Assembly: GCF_009834535.1 (NCBI RefSeq)
Contig: NC_045696.1
Coordinates: forward strand, 62,436,001 to 62,500,000
DNA: 64,000 nucleotides
DNA from: Camelus ferus
Lineage: Eukaryota
Reading direction: 5' to 3'
A model generated the notes under the pieces. The model was not told the origin of the DNA and made no database searches. It saw nothing but the letters and a program-made list of their open reading frames with translations. The position numbers and the translations under genes were made by a program. This document shows, piece after piece, positions 25,980 to 40,596 of this stretch. How positions within the stretch are numbered: position 1 is the stretch's first letter; each line of letters begins with the position of its first letter.

Positions 25980-26128
25980 GGGGAGGAGATAGCTCAGTGG
26001 TAGAGTGCCTGCCTAGCATGCCCAAGGTCCTGGGTTCAATCCCCAGTGCCTCTACTTAAAAAATAAGTAAATAAATAAACCTAGTTACCTCTTCCCCTAA
26101 AACAAACATAAATAAATAAATAAATAAA
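25980..26128 (+). mobile_element. tRNA-derived SINE in PPP1R2 intron 3
   Basis: GGGGAGGAGATAGCTCAGTGGTAGAG head and (TAAA)n tail, with a perfect TAAAGGCATTTTAC target-site duplication on both sides. Confidence 0.9.
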
Positions 26129-26615
26129 GGCATTTTACTTTACTTGGACAAGTGAAAATTTAAAAGTATGTGCTAAATAAATAACTTTATCTGGATTTTT
26201 CATAGCAACTTTTATAGCCTTGTTTCTAGGTTAAAGTCAAGATGTATGGATGGCAGAAAGATTAGAGTACCAGAGCCTGTTACACAGATTTCCTGTGTCA
26301 CATTCCTGTGGGGGATTGTTTGTTGGTTTGTTTTTAATATTCTTTCATCTGTATTTTATGAAAGTGAGAAAGGCAAGAATAAGTTGAATTCCTAAGCAAA
26401 AGCTCTATTCATTTGCTGTTCATCGATCTGTCGCCCTCTACTTTTTGTTACTGGTTTCTGTGCCCATTTTCACTCTTGCTTTTTATTTTCTTCATCTGGT
26501 TATAGCTAGCATATTAATGATTTTCAAATTTTTTTTGAGACTCAAAAGTTGAGTAAGACTCAACTAATATAAGAATTTCACAGTGTTGGTTTCTTTGTAA
26601 ATGGTTGTTGTATAG

Positions 26616-26713
26616 GCTAACTGCTGCTGCTGAAGGCTTGGAGCCAAAATACCGGGTTCGTGAACAAGAAAGCAGTGGAGATGAGGATAGTGACCTCTCA
26701 CCTGAAGAACGAG
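26616..26713 (+). CDS. PPP1R2: PPP1R2 coding exon 4
   Basis: Acceptor tatag| and donor |gtagtt; 98 nt. Encodes LTAAAEGLEPKYRVREQESSGDEDSDLSPEER. Confidence 0.96.
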
Positions 26714-29236
26714 GTAGTTTATTTCTTTTGTTGCTTTTAGCATTACACTAATAAATTTTGCTGAAATAAATCCATTATTTGAAAGATGTGAAATGGTCTT
26801 CCTTTTTGGGAAGTGGATGGTGGAAGATTAGAGAGTAACATTTTTATAATTCAGATTCTACTTATGTGGGTTTATTGCATAATAGCTTTCCTCCCACTGA
26901 TTTCAAGAAAATATTACCATCTTTAATTATAAGTGTTCCTTTCTTTGTGCTTTTTGTTCCCTTCGTTTTACTGAGCATCCAGTCTATACCAGATAGATGC
27001 TTGGTAAATATTATATTAATGCTTTTAGAGTCATTGAGTGGATGATCTTAAAGTGGATAGCAGTAAGAGCTAATTCCCCAAGTGCTTGTGCTTTTTTTCT
27101 GTTTTAAGACCTGATGAAATTTACTAAATGAATCAGGATGATCATACTTGGAGTAAAGATTTTTATTAGGTCCCATTGGAAAAAAAAAAAGAACACTAGT
27201 ATCACAGGAGAGGAGATAAAGATAGCCCCAGGATGGAAGACATTCTTCTAGCCCATACAGCACATACACAGTGAAGGCATTGCTATCTGTTCATTGTTTG
27301 TTTTTACAAGTAACAGTGGTTATCTGTGGAGGTAAGGAAAGAAGGAAGATATTTCACTTCGTTGTTTTTCATAATTTTGAACCATGTGAATGTATAATCT
27401 CAATTAAAAATTGCTCATATAGTTTATTTTCAAATATTTTTAAAAGGAAAAACCAAGCCTATGTATAGGATAAAAGATGCAAGAAAAACACACACCCTTA
27501 CAAAAAAGAAAGAGATTAAGTAGTGTACTTGAAGCCTTGAAATATGAGAACTACCTGTACTATAAAGTTCAGAAATTTTAGAACTAAGATTCTGAATATC
27601 TGCAAGTTACTTGTCAGGATCTTTGTCATGGGCAGTTGCTAAGGTACAATTTGCTATTCCTTCCTCTTACCTTTAAAATATAGTTTGTTGAGCAAAACTA
27701 TGATGGTCTGAGCCTAATTGCTATAAAAGAGAGAAATTTTATGTATAGCGTAATCTCAAATTGTATTATATATCTTCTACCCTCAGTGATTTCATGATTT
27801 GTTTTCCCAAAATATATACCGAAGGTCCTTGAAGAGAGTTTCAGATAGTAATTGTTTCTAGAACTTGTTTCTTTGTTATTCTCTAGAAATATGATCTATT
27901 GAGAATAGGAAATTTATTGACTTCTGTTGTCAGTTTTCATTAAAGAATTTTTCCTCAAATTGTAGTTCCATGAGTCAGCCAGCAGGGGGAACTATTTGAC
28001 TAGTTACAGTTTCACAAGGTCAGTTCCCAGTAATAAATTTAACTGATACTTAGAGTTGCTTATTGCTTTGCTTTTAAACAAATTACATGTCTGAAAACCC
28101 TTTTTTATTCACAGAAATTCTTAGAAAATTTTATCTTGTAACTAGTAGCATAACAATTAAGAGACTAGCTATGGAGCCAGATAGATCTAAGCTTATACTC
28201 TAGGTATGTCCTTATCTACTTTGCTTAATTTGCCTCATTTTTAAATTAGAGGCCTTAAAAATATTTAGACTCATTGTTGAGTATTCAATGAGATAAAGAA
28301 TGTAAAGTACTTAGCATTGATTCTGGTATATTATACATACTCAGTATAAATATTAACTTAAAATAGTTGGTATATTCACCATTATATTATTTTGTAAAAT
28401 AGTAAAAGAAAGAATAAAAAAGGTAATTCACTTGTCAAATTTACATGGATATTTGATTCTTTTTTAGAGCTGGGCCCGAAACCTGAACTTTTTATACTCT
28501 GTATTATGTTGCTTTGCCATATAGAGACTATAAATAAAATTAAATATCCAAAGTAGGTTAAGACCACTTCTATTAGCAGCTTTCTACAAAATGAATACAT
28601 TGCATATTTTTAAATTATACGATAAATTTTGAGTATTCCAAAATTAGAATAAACGAGCAAAACCAGATTTAACATTTCTTAGAATTAAAAAGAAATGATT
28701 TTCTTAGACTATAAGTATAATTCACAAAAGAGAAATATGTAATATCAACTCCTAGGAACAAGAAACTACAAATTAAAACAGCATCATGGTGCCTTTCTTT
28801 TCAGGTCAAAAAGATTTTAAAAAATGACAATTTCCCGTTTGGTGTGAATGGAGAAATATTACTCATATGCTATTGGTGGGCATGAAAAATGGTTTGGCTT
28901 TTTTGGAAGGGCAGTATGGCAACATATGAGCGAAAAGTAGTAAAAGAAAATGACACCCTTTGATCTAGCAATTTAGTGTCCCAGGGTTTTTCTCAATGTT
29001 TCTCAGACATTTTTGAACAGGTCCCACTCAGTATATATGTATACATGAAATTACAAAAGTAAAAATCCCACAACACAGTACTTACCTTTACTATATGTGT
29101 TATTTCCAGATTATTCTCTTTTATTTCATTTCTTTAAAATGCTAATTATGACTTACTAAAGGGTTATGAGGCACAGTTTGAAAAAACAGCAGCTAATGTT
29201 GAGAAGATATAGAACAAATGCACAAAAATGTATGTA

Positions 29237-29459
29237 CAATTGACCCTTGAGTAACATGAATTTGAACTGCATGGATTCACTTATATGCACATTGTTTTTC
29301 CTACTAAATACCTACTGAAGCACTGCACAGTCTGCAATTGGCTGAACCCACAGATGCAGAATTGCGGATATGAAGGAGCAGCTGTAAAGTTACGTGTGGG
29401 TTTCAACTGCCAGGAGGGTGGACATCCCTGTAACCCCCATGTTGTTCAAGGGTCAATTG
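29237..29459. mobile_element. Tigger-derived MITE
   Basis: Terminal inverted repeats CAATTGACCCTTGA / TCAAGGGTCAATTG with a TA target-site duplication on both sides. Confidence 0.85.
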
Positions 29460-29917
29460 TATATTACAATGAAAGTACAGAGGGGGAAATCATAAATCTT
29501 TGACCAAGGCAGGGGATGAAATTATAACTCATTACTTTGTAACCATTTAAAAATTATATGAATCTGCTGTGTATGTGGCAGAATTTTACTGAATCTTTAT
29601 ATACTTTGTTGTCTAAACTCTAGATCATTTTAGAGGGAAAGAAAAGGTCACTATTATAGTTCCATCAGACAGTAGGCATAAACTGAGACTTCCCTGAGGC
29701 ATAATCATTCTAACTCTATAGAAAGAAAACAGCATATACAACAATATATGATTCATTTTTGTAAAAAATGCATTTTTAGAAAAAAGTCTAGTCATAAAAT
29801 GTTACTGATAATTTCCAAGTGAGGAAATTGAGTGATTTTTTTTTAAGTTTCTATCTTTTTTAAACCTCTTCTTTACATTAAAAAGAACATATGTTACTTT
29901 GTAATGAGAAAAAGTCT

Positions 29918-30170
29918 TTTTTAACTGAAGTATAGTCAATTTACAGTGTTGTATTGATTTCTGGTGTACAGCACAGTGATTCAATTATACATCCATATAT
30001 ATATATATTTATACACACACACCTTTTCACATTTTTCATTATAAGCCATTCGAGGTATTGAATATAGTTCCCTGTGCTATGCAGACCTTGTTTATTTTAT
30101 GTATAGTAATTGGTATCTTGCAAACCCTGAACTCCCAATTTATCCCTCTTCACCCCCCTTTCCTCCCTTG
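29918..30170 (-). mobile_element. L1 3' end (artiodactyl-type)
   Basis: ttttaactgaagtatagtcaatttacagtgttg...gatt...gtacagcacagtgattca...aatatagttccctgtgctat. Confidence 0.7.
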
Positions 30171-31212
30171 TCTTACTTTTTTAGTAAATGTATCTGGTAT
30201 TGGAGGCAATTAAAATAATTTTTTTGTTTTTTAGTGTTGGCTTTTATACCATCTGAAAGGCATCACTAAAAATTTAGTCATGACGATTTGGTCTTCTATT
30301 GATTTTTTTAAAAAAATTTTATCCCCTTTTGTAATATAGTATTCTCAAAGAGTAAAACAAATCACAAAAGTAACTTCTTAGTAGAGAAGAATAATAATGC
30401 CTGGCAAGATCTTAGTAGTTTGAAACAAATGCTTATGGGATGATGGATGATATGGATGTTCATCTCAGAACTTTCCCTCAACCAACCCAAACAGAGACTG
30501 AAAAGTGATTGATCAAAAACAAAAAAGTGACTGATCTGTGGGGACATGAGTTGGAAATGCATGATTTTAAAACATAAATAAGTGTAGTTGATGGTAAAAA
30601 CTTAGAGGGAATTAGAGGGCATTGAGAAATTACTTTGAATAGCCTTAATCTGAGAGATTTCTCTGTCTTTTTGGCATTAAAATATTTTTATGAATACCAT
30701 AATAAAACTATGGTGGGTGAGTTTTAATGCTCTTGTTTGACAGAAAAACAGTTGGCGATTTTATGTCAGCCCTCCCCCCCCTTTAATTTTCTGGTCTAAG
30801 AAATTTTACAATCCTATAATTATTTCTTGATAAACAGTTGATCTTTAAAGTGCTGTCTATTGATAAAGTAGTTGTGTTGATTTGCAGCTAGTTTTATCTT
30901 TCTATAATGAAGACTATAAATGAAAGAATAGTCCAGAATCACTTCCTTATTCCCAATAACAGGTTTTTCTTAAAATTGCTCTAGGAATGAGGTTATGTTT
31001 TTAGCCAGCAACATTTTCCATCATGGCAACTTCTTAATGGATAATAAGAATTTTTAAAAGGAATTTCTTCTTAATTATATAAATAGAAAACTTGAAAATA
31101 TTAAAATTACCCCATAGTTCCTTGATCCAGAACTAATGACTGTTAATTGTTGAGGCTTGCTGTGTGTGCATATGTGCATGCATGCAGGCTTTGTACATTT
31201 TATATATATGTA

Positions 31213-31265
<53 letters not shown>
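31213..31265. repeat. Compound (TG)n(TA)n microsatellite in PPP1R2 intron 4
   Basis: Directly visible. Confidence 0.95.
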
Positions 31266-31270
<5 letters not shown>

Positions 31271-31394
31271 TATAGTTTTTTTTCACATTCAACTCTATTG
31301 AGAATTTTCCTATATCTTTATGTTTTCTTCACCAATATACAACTACTTATGGCTTTTACTGCTAGTCTCTCATAAAATGAACTTGAACCATCTA

Positions 31395-31808
<414 letters not shown>

Positions 31809-33803
31809 TAGAGGTTTTAAAAATATCATTTAGACTCTTATGATCATTTGTACCTAAATAATATACTGTTTTGCTTGAAACTTTGAAGAACCTCAGAGAA
31901 TTTTGCTGAAATTCACTTTTTATGTGAGAAGTGTCTAAAATCTTAACCCCTGATGACCAATTTCAAAGTAATAAGGGTTTTATGCTCAAGAGTTGATTTA
32001 AGACGTGTGAGTTACACTTTGTATCTACATTGTTTTATTTACGTGGATTTAAGCAATGATGTTTGTTTTCATATTAAGCTATATTTTGTTTTAATATTTC
32101 AGATCATGTTTTTATCTGTTGTAACAATGTAAATTAAGGTTTAAACTTTTTTAAAGAAATAGGTTTTTAATATGGAAGATATGTTTTCACATTCCTTCAG
32201 GTACAAAGTATGTCGTATCTTTCCAGTGTTGATTCTTTTGACTGTTGGGTGGACAAGTTATTTGGCGGATTTTTGTTTAAGTCTCAGACAACCAGCCCCT
32301 GCAGCCTACCAACTCTTGATCAGTCATAGGAAATAGATTTTATTTATTTATTCTTAATAAATGATTGTTCTGGCATTCAATAAAAGTGAATCTTCTGCAC
32401 CACTAATATAGATTTTGTGCCCATCTACCTACTCTGTGCATTCAAACTGATGCTTTTCAGTGGAGATGTTACTTACTGTTATATATTGTGCCTTGGATAG
32501 TTAAGTCTTAGAAGAATAAATAATTATATTATTGTTTTGGTGAGTATATATGAAATATCAGGGATTCTATAGTAGAACCTGATGACTATGTCTCATTATA
32601 ATATCAGGGTTACAGTATTTTTTTGTTATTCCATGTTACGCTTTGGCCTTTCAGTTTGCTTCGTACAGCATTTCCTTTCCATTTTCTTCACCATGGTCTG
32701 TTTAGCTTATATTTAACTTGAACAGACTTTATCTTGAGTATTTATTGTTGTATGTCTTTCTCTTCTCTTTAAATGTATTGTCCATTTTTAGGTGACCTAT
32801 CTCCTAATTGGTCTTTGTTTTCCATTTACCTATATCTTGGTGATTTCTTTTGATATATTCAAAAGTGAATTTTTTTTGGTTATAATTTTTCATCAGTTTC
32901 TACTCAGACTTTCAGTGTCCATTTGTAGTGACTCTAACAAAGCAATGGAATACCCCTCATTTGCCACTAGAAATTTGCACTAGCACTACTGTGCCAGAGA
33001 CTAAAGGGATTTCAAGTCAAGGCTTTTGAAAAATAATTGGCCTTTTGTCTATCTCTTCTTGTAAAACATTAGATTTCTCATACTTAGTGCATAAATGAAT
33101 TTTTTCATTAAAGTATAATAGATTATTAAAATTTGTATTCACTTAATGCCTGTTTTTTCTTCAGTGGAGACAACATACTCCTTACATAGTTTCAATAAAG
33201 TTACAAAGATAGAAAACACTACATAGTAAGGTATAGGGAAGAAAGTTCCTTATTTATTCTCTGCCCTTTTTGGGCCCTTAAAATTTTTTTTACCAGCTTT
33301 TAAAATCTCCAGGTTCTATGGAACCCATTACTTTTTGATCATTGTCCTTCTCTTCTGTCTCCTCCACACTCCTGACCATCCCCACCTGTTGGTAGTTTTT
33401 TTTTTTTTTCTATTTTCATAAAAAGAAAAGCGGCATGTTTAAACTCTGAGGAAATATTTTATCATTTTGATGTCATAAATGCAAATCTTTCTATAGCTCT
33501 GGATATTTGGGTTGTAGTAAAACTCGTAGCTATCCATCTGTGACTTATTCACAGAAGTGTTCAATCTGAAACCTATTTGTCCTACTACTAAGTAGACACT
33601 CCTGTTCTTCTCAGAATATTTAGAGGGTATACAGATTCTTTCATATCATGTTAATCAGTCTGCATAAATTATACCATACTTGTTTTTTAGATTTTCATAT
33701 TTATCAACCATGGCAGTGGAAGGGAACTTGAACTCAAGTAGCTCCAAGTTTGGCAGTACTCAACAAACAAATTATGTTGCTGTTTTTTCTTTTATCTTTG
33801 CAG

Positions 33804-33850
33804 GATCTACTACAAGTGACCAACTGCAAAATAAATCACAGAGTTCATAG
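33804..33850 (+). CDS. PPP1R2: PPP1R2 last coding exon
   Basis: Acceptor ctttgcag|. Encodes (G)STTSDQLQNKSQSS then TAG. The six exons sum to 621 nt (206 aa plus stop) with consistent phases. Confidence 0.95.
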
Positions 33851-36210
33851 AAGAGATTTGTCCAACACTGTAATTGTCAGATACAAACCCTGTTACTATA
33901 ATATACTGCTTCTTGTTCTCTACAATTCATGACTTAAGTACCAAAATGCATACCAGTTACTATATATTGCCAAGAATTAAATAACTTAGAAACTAATTAG
34001 ACTGAAAATGCCTAATTGATACATATATTCTTGTGCCTAGTACTTCACCACAAATACAGCATAATGTCATCAGTCCAAAACTGCATTACTTTTGTAAGAA
34101 CACTGGTTAATTTGTATAAGATATATAGCTTTTTATGCTTTAGAAGTTAAACAGTATCTTTTTTGGGGGGGAATCTAATTTATTTTCTTCACTTCTAGAT
34201 GTGATAGCTCTTATAAAAAGTTCGGATTTTTTAAAAGATCAAAATCCAGTTGGAACAACAGATTACATAGGCTGATAAATATTCAGTCTGAAAAGTATTT
34301 TAACACGTGTCTTCAGCTTGTTTGTTTAATTGAAAAAGATTATATTAGAAAAGTTACTGTTGCATTTTCTGGCATACTACCTTTAAAATTCCTGTTGAGT
34401 TTCTTTCATGTTTACAAGGAAAGGATTAAACTTTTTCTCATCAAAACTAGCTTTTTCCACAAATAAATTATCAGGTTAAACTTGCACTAAATGTCTGCTC
34501 TGATTTTTTTTTTGTATGCTCAGTGGGCAGACTTCAGATCAGTTTTTTAAATAAATACAATTCTTACATAGTCTCAGCATTCCCTTAATATACCTGTCTT
34601 AACCTCCTGCCTTTATTTCTTACTCCTTTCCACACATATGCACACAATCCTTGACCTTTATAAAGGAGTATTAAGATTGTCATGACATTAGGAACTCTTC
34701 TTTCTCTCACATATTCTGTCATCTGCTGCAACGATGAAAATCTTATTTTGACTGTCAATGCCTGTTAGTTCTAATACTTGGAGAAAATAGATTGAATAGC
34801 AGCAGTGCTACAGACAGGAAGTACAATTCAACTGCAGAATTTCTACACCTCTGATTTACAGCTCGCTAATTAAAGTGCTATTATTAGTTTATTGTCTGAC
34901 TTAATTAAACCTTAGAAAACAACCATCTGAGGTTTTTTTGTTTTGCATGATGAGAGAATTGTGTGTAACCAGTGATATGATGATAGTTCCTGAATGTATA
35001 GACAGAAGTAAGCCTGAACACTTTTTAATTTAAAAATAGTCCCTGCTCAAAGGGAATATGATAACGTATACTATGACAAATGTACTTTATTCTTCTAACA
35101 CAGTAAGATTTGGACTTTTTCCCTGAAATGAATACAATTCTTGTGTATCTGGTTTAGTGATGGTTTCATTTCTAGTCAGTTATTTCTATCTTTTTTGTTA
35201 GTACCAAAAGAATCCATTATACGAACAGACTAAATAATTTCTGTGTATTATATATATGAACTGGCTTTTATTGAGCAGCTTATCTTCCACTTGCAAGTTT
35301 ATGGAAATATCAATATGTCAAAATAAAAGTGGAAGAATTCTTTGCTGTTAGAAGAATGTTTTTATTATTTTGAATGTCTTTTTTTCTTTTTTTTAATGGG
35401 ATCCAGTTAGTACTTCTGAACTGCAGGTATAGTATTCTAAGTAAAGCATATTAGCTAGTAATACCACTGATTTATAAACGAAACAGCATTTATCTCTGTT
35501 TTCTGAATTTAGAATGTTGAGGTATTTTTACCTATTTAAACCCAATTGGGGGGATTTAAGCTTAAACACATGTGTGTACATATGTTCATGCATACAGAGC
35601 TCTGTTTTTGGTTTCCTCACTTTGAGTTCTTAGAAAGTATCCACATACTCTATTTGTAGAAATAGCTGCTGTACAGTGAAGAAATGGTAAGACCTTTGTG
35701 TTTTCTACAAGCTGTTTCTTGAAACTTAAATCACAGGCAAATTCATTTCTGGTTTCAGGAAGTAGATAGTTATGTCAAAGGAATAAGACATGGCAAATAG
35801 CATGCTCAGTAGGATTTTAGGTAGTCAAATATAACTGAGTGAAATGTTTTCGTCATCATGAGTTCCTAATTGACATGGTATTGGACTATACAAAAAAATG
35901 AACCTTTATGATTCAAGTTAGATTTTCCTTTGGAGAAAGTTATCTGTCAATGTTCAGTTCTAGCCAAGGTAGATTTTACTTTTTAATCAGTATTCTCTGC
36001 TTAACTCTTAGTGTCATCTTTCTGTTTGTTCAGTTTTCAGTCTGAAATGCTCTTTAAAACCTGAGGCATAATGGTATATAAATGGATTGTTAAATATTTA
36101 AAGATTAAAGCGAAGTGCCATTTTTCCCTAGACTTTCACTTTGTTTACATTTTTCCTTTAAAATTAGTACAATAAACATATTATAATAAAATACAGTAGT
36201 ATGGCAATTG
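33851..36210 (+). other. PPP1R2: PPP1R2 long AU-rich 3' UTR (3' end approximate)
   Basis: Repeat-poor AT-rich sequence after the stop, with AATAAA at 34462, 34550, 35322, 36171 and 36185. Confidence 0.6.
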
Positions 36211-39200
36211 CTCGTGTATGGATTTTATTTTCTTGTGCCCAGCTATCTCAGCATTGTGGTCCATTGGCTAAGTGTTCTAGATACCAGGAGGGGATCTTGG
36301 ACTGTATTGTGGCAGAGTAGTTTGTTTAGTTGCCCAGCATTGTGCTAGGTGCCTAATATATAATCCTCAAACAGCCACGCAAAACAGGTACCTTATCAGC
36401 ACTTTGAAAGTGAGGAAAATGCTCTTGGCCAAGTTATTCAGTCTCAGGTCTCATACATGCCAAATGGTAGGACTCAAATCCAGATCTAACTAAATTTCAT
36501 ACTCTATCCATGCTTTTTAGATGTAGAAATTCCTTCATTTTCAAAATTGCACCTTACAAGCAAACTTTATTTGGATTATTGGTAAACTTTGTGTGCTTTA
36601 GGAGTAACATTTTTCAGGTGTTTGAGGTTTTATTTTACTCTGAAAAAAAATTGGAAATTTTGTTTGAGGTTTATATACCATTTAGGAAAAATTGCAAAAG
36701 CACAATTATACAGTGGCTGGTGATGTCTGAATATATGTGATTTGGTTGCGTTCCACAAGTTTGTTTCTAAAGCAGGGTGTTTCCAACTCAAAACGCATTT
36801 TTCATAAAATCTATGTTATAAAGTAAGTACCAAGCTAGCCTATAAAAACTAACGTATATCTAAACCAGTAGGAAACAGTGTGTTCCATGAAACCGTCAAT
36901 CCCACAACATGTTCCATGGATTTCATGAGCAAATAAGTTTTGCACATGCTATATGCTTTATTCCCCTGACCCTTGGAGATTTATAATAATGCCCATCGTC
37001 GTATTAAAGAGTCTGAGACATTCTGTGTAAAGAACTTGTTTACAATTTGGTTTAACCTAGCATTTTTCAAACATTTCACAACCATTCCCACCCCCGCTTT
37101 TCTTCAAGTTGCATCCCAAATAGGAGTAGGGGAATAGGCTTGGGTCTTTGATCAATGAAAGTTGAACTTCTTCCTGAAAGAGGAAGAGAACAATTTACCA
37201 TTGAAAGAGGGAAGACACAATAGCAAACTGCACATTATGGATTGTATATAATTTGCCAAACATAAGACTTTAATTTTTGGTAACTTATTCTTACTGTAAA
37301 ATATATATCCAGGATAGATGAGGGTGTGGTTGATGTGATTGGTTACACGCTGCTGTGGTTTAGTATTGATACGACTGTTGGCTCAAAGATTTGCTATTCT
37401 AAGCAAATTTCCGAAATGCCTTATCTTCCCCATTAGCTCACATAACTGGTTGACAAGAGCGCATCTGCTACTCACTGGGAAAATAAAAGAGCAGATAGCA
37501 AGTGTCTCTGGTCTGTGGCTCACACCCCCAAGCCTTGGTTAGCTGCCTCAGTATTTGGGTGGGGGGATGTTGGGGATCTTTTTGGCTCTTACACTTTAAA
37601 TTTGGGATTGACTCATCTAGGTTTTTATTTGAGGAATTATTTGGGGGAGGTAATGCTGAGAGTAGGTAAGTGAGGGTGGATTTGGCAAGTGTTTAGTCAT
37701 GATTTTATCTCACTGCCCAACCTGAATTTTTTTTTTCTTTTTTGGTAAGCCTGCCAAATGAGTGTTTAGCATTTCAGTTCATTACCAATGGGAATTATTG
37801 GAATTGGAAAAAAACTATAAATTTTTGTTTTGTGTTTAATTCTTCCAGATTCATGAGAGTGCGTTGATTAGAAATAGAGGACTGTGCAGGATGATCAGTA
37901 TTATTTGACCTCAGTTTTTAGGCAAAAGGATTATAAGCAGCTTCATAGTATGCCTTGATCTAATAAAATGATTCAACCTGATAAAGTGTTAACTAGTAAC
38001 AGCTCTAACAAGCATAGGAAGAATAAGTTTAGTTACATTCTTGTTCAGTTACACTCCCTGGTATCTGAAATATCTTACATAAGCAATTAAAAGACTGTAT
38101 TTTCATCTTCCTTTATAAAAGATGCCCATGTGAAAAATAAGCACTTTATTGTAGGGTATCATGCCAAGCTAATTGGGAAATATGGACATAAGACTCTTGC
38201 CATGCCTTTAAATATTTTATAAGTTACATGTACATACAGAACAGGGAGCATGCTTGAGGGAACAAGGAAGGGGTAAGCTATATACAGCTGAAGTTTCTAG
38301 CCATTCTCAAGGGTTCTTTCTGATAGGGAAGTCGGCTAATTATAATCAGGAAGACTTAGTTATTTAGCAGATTTTTATGCAGTTTTTCTAAAAACCAAGG
38401 TAAGATCTCTTTAGTCACTAAGCAAGATAGATTTCACAGAAATCAGAAATGTTTTTAACGTAACCCAAAATGTTGGATTTCGGAAGTTGAAACAAATTTG
38501 TGGAGTGTTGCCAATTAAGCTTCTACTGCCTTTTTAGTAATCCCTACATTGGTTTATTGGGGGAAAGGGAGTGAGGTGGGAGGGTCTGGGTCAAGACCAT
38601 AATAATGGGAGTCCTACTCTAGTTTAAAACTATCAGGAAATATGCTCTGGTCCAGTGCTAATGTTGAAAAGCAAATTGTTCCCCAAGTTTGAATTTTTTA
38701 TGGTATATCACAAAGTATAGAATTCAATCTAAGAATTTTAAAAGCATCCTTGGGGGAAAGAGGAGGGTGGGAAATTGGCCAGATTGCAAAGTAAATTGGA
38801 CCCAGAATAATATTCTGTATTATTCTAAGCTTCAAGCACTGTTTTGTAGACCTAGACTACAGTCATCTGAAATTTTACAGTCTGGATGAGGATACACTGA
38901 TAAATGTAAAGTTGAGGGGGAAAGATGTTTATTTTTGAGAAGATTATTGAATATTTATTAAGCACCGAGTGACGAGTAATTTGCTGGGCAGTGTGCATAA
39001 AAGGGTAAATAAAAGATGGTTCTTAGGGAAAAAAATGCAATTACTGTGACCAAAATTAAGATATAAGAGTTAGAACAGAAGGTTCAGGATGTCTGTTGCT
39101 TACATAAGATGTCTCATATATCAAACACCACACTCAAAACTGAGCTCTTATTTTTCCTCCAATTATTCTTAATTGCTCCCCCCACCCAAAACATTTTCCT

Positions 39201-40510
39201 AAAATCAATAACTTAGCACCATATTATTTCTCAGCTTTGATTTTTTTCATTCTCTCAAATATACAAAAACAATCCATTAGTAAACCTTTTTGACTTGACT
39301 TTGATGATACATATCTTAACTCCCCTTCTCCAATCCCTACTAAAGTGTCATAGTCAAACTATCATCATACTTTGCCAGTACTCCTATCACAACTTCCTAA
39401 GTGATTTCCCCACTTCCACTCTGTCTCTTCTCAATCCGTTCTCTAGAACAGCAAGTGTTGCCCTACTCAGCTCTTCAGTGATTTCACTACCATCCTTAAG
39501 AATGAGTCCAGATTTCTTGGAATGGCTTAACAAGGTGGTGTGCACTAACCCCCGGCTACCTCTCCACATCTTGTGCCTCTCTCCTGCTTAATTATTACAG
39601 TCAGACTTTCTTTCTTTCTTTTTTTTTTTTCAGTTTCTCCTGTTCACTAAGTTTTTCCTCTTTTTTTTAGGGCTTAGGCACTAACAAGTAACTCTGCCTG
39701 AAATATTCTTCACTAATTTTTCACATAGCTTTTCTTCTAATAATTCAGGTTCAGACATAACTTCTCTAGAGGTGCCATTCCTTGCCCATCCTATCTGAAA
39801 AAGATGTCTTTCCTATTATTCTCAGACTCTTATTTCCTTGTCTGGTTGGTTCGCTTGGTTGTTGCCTGACTTCTCACTAAATAGAAAGCTCAAGGCAGGA
39901 TCTCTTTTACTCTTTTAATCCAGTATTGTCAGAGCTTGGTATGGGTCATCTGTATAGAAGCCTCAATAAACATTTGTTGAATACATAAAAAGTAATTGTT
40001 TATATTGTGATTTACCTTTCCTTCTCATTACTCTTTAGCATCTTCACATATTTAAGGTTTGAATATTAAAACTGGAAAGGATTTTAGAAATCAGGTAATG
40101 TCCTTGTTTTTCAGAGAAGTCAACTGAGGCAAAGAGAAGTCAAGATTACCTGGCTGGTTTTTGGCAGAGGAGAGACTAGAATCTAGCTTCTCTGGCTTTC
40201 TATTTTCACAATAAATCTCTCCTTGGATTGACCATCTGTGGCCCTGTCTTGGCTTTGGCTGTAGATTTTCAGAGTGGAGGGAGTTAAGAATTAACTAATT
40301 ATTCAGGATCATCTGAAAATGAGTTCTTCCACCAAAGTAAAATTTCTCAAAACTGAATACCCGAACTCTTTTAGTTATAATTAACATACAATATTAGTTT
40401 CAGGAGAACAGCATAGTGGTTCAGTATTTCTATACATTATGAAATAATCACTGCAATAGGACCAGTTACCATCTATCACCATACAAAGTTGTAATATTAT
40501 TGACTATATT

Positions 40511-40512
<2 letters not shown>

Positions 40513-40554
<42 letters not shown>

Positions 40555-40596
40555 CATTTATATATATATATATATATTCCATAGATATATATATAT
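40513..40596. repeat. Interrupted (TA)n microsatellite within an L1 3' fragment (~40370-40645)
   Basis: Directly visible, with ttccat-(at)n units repeated three times. Confidence 0.9.
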
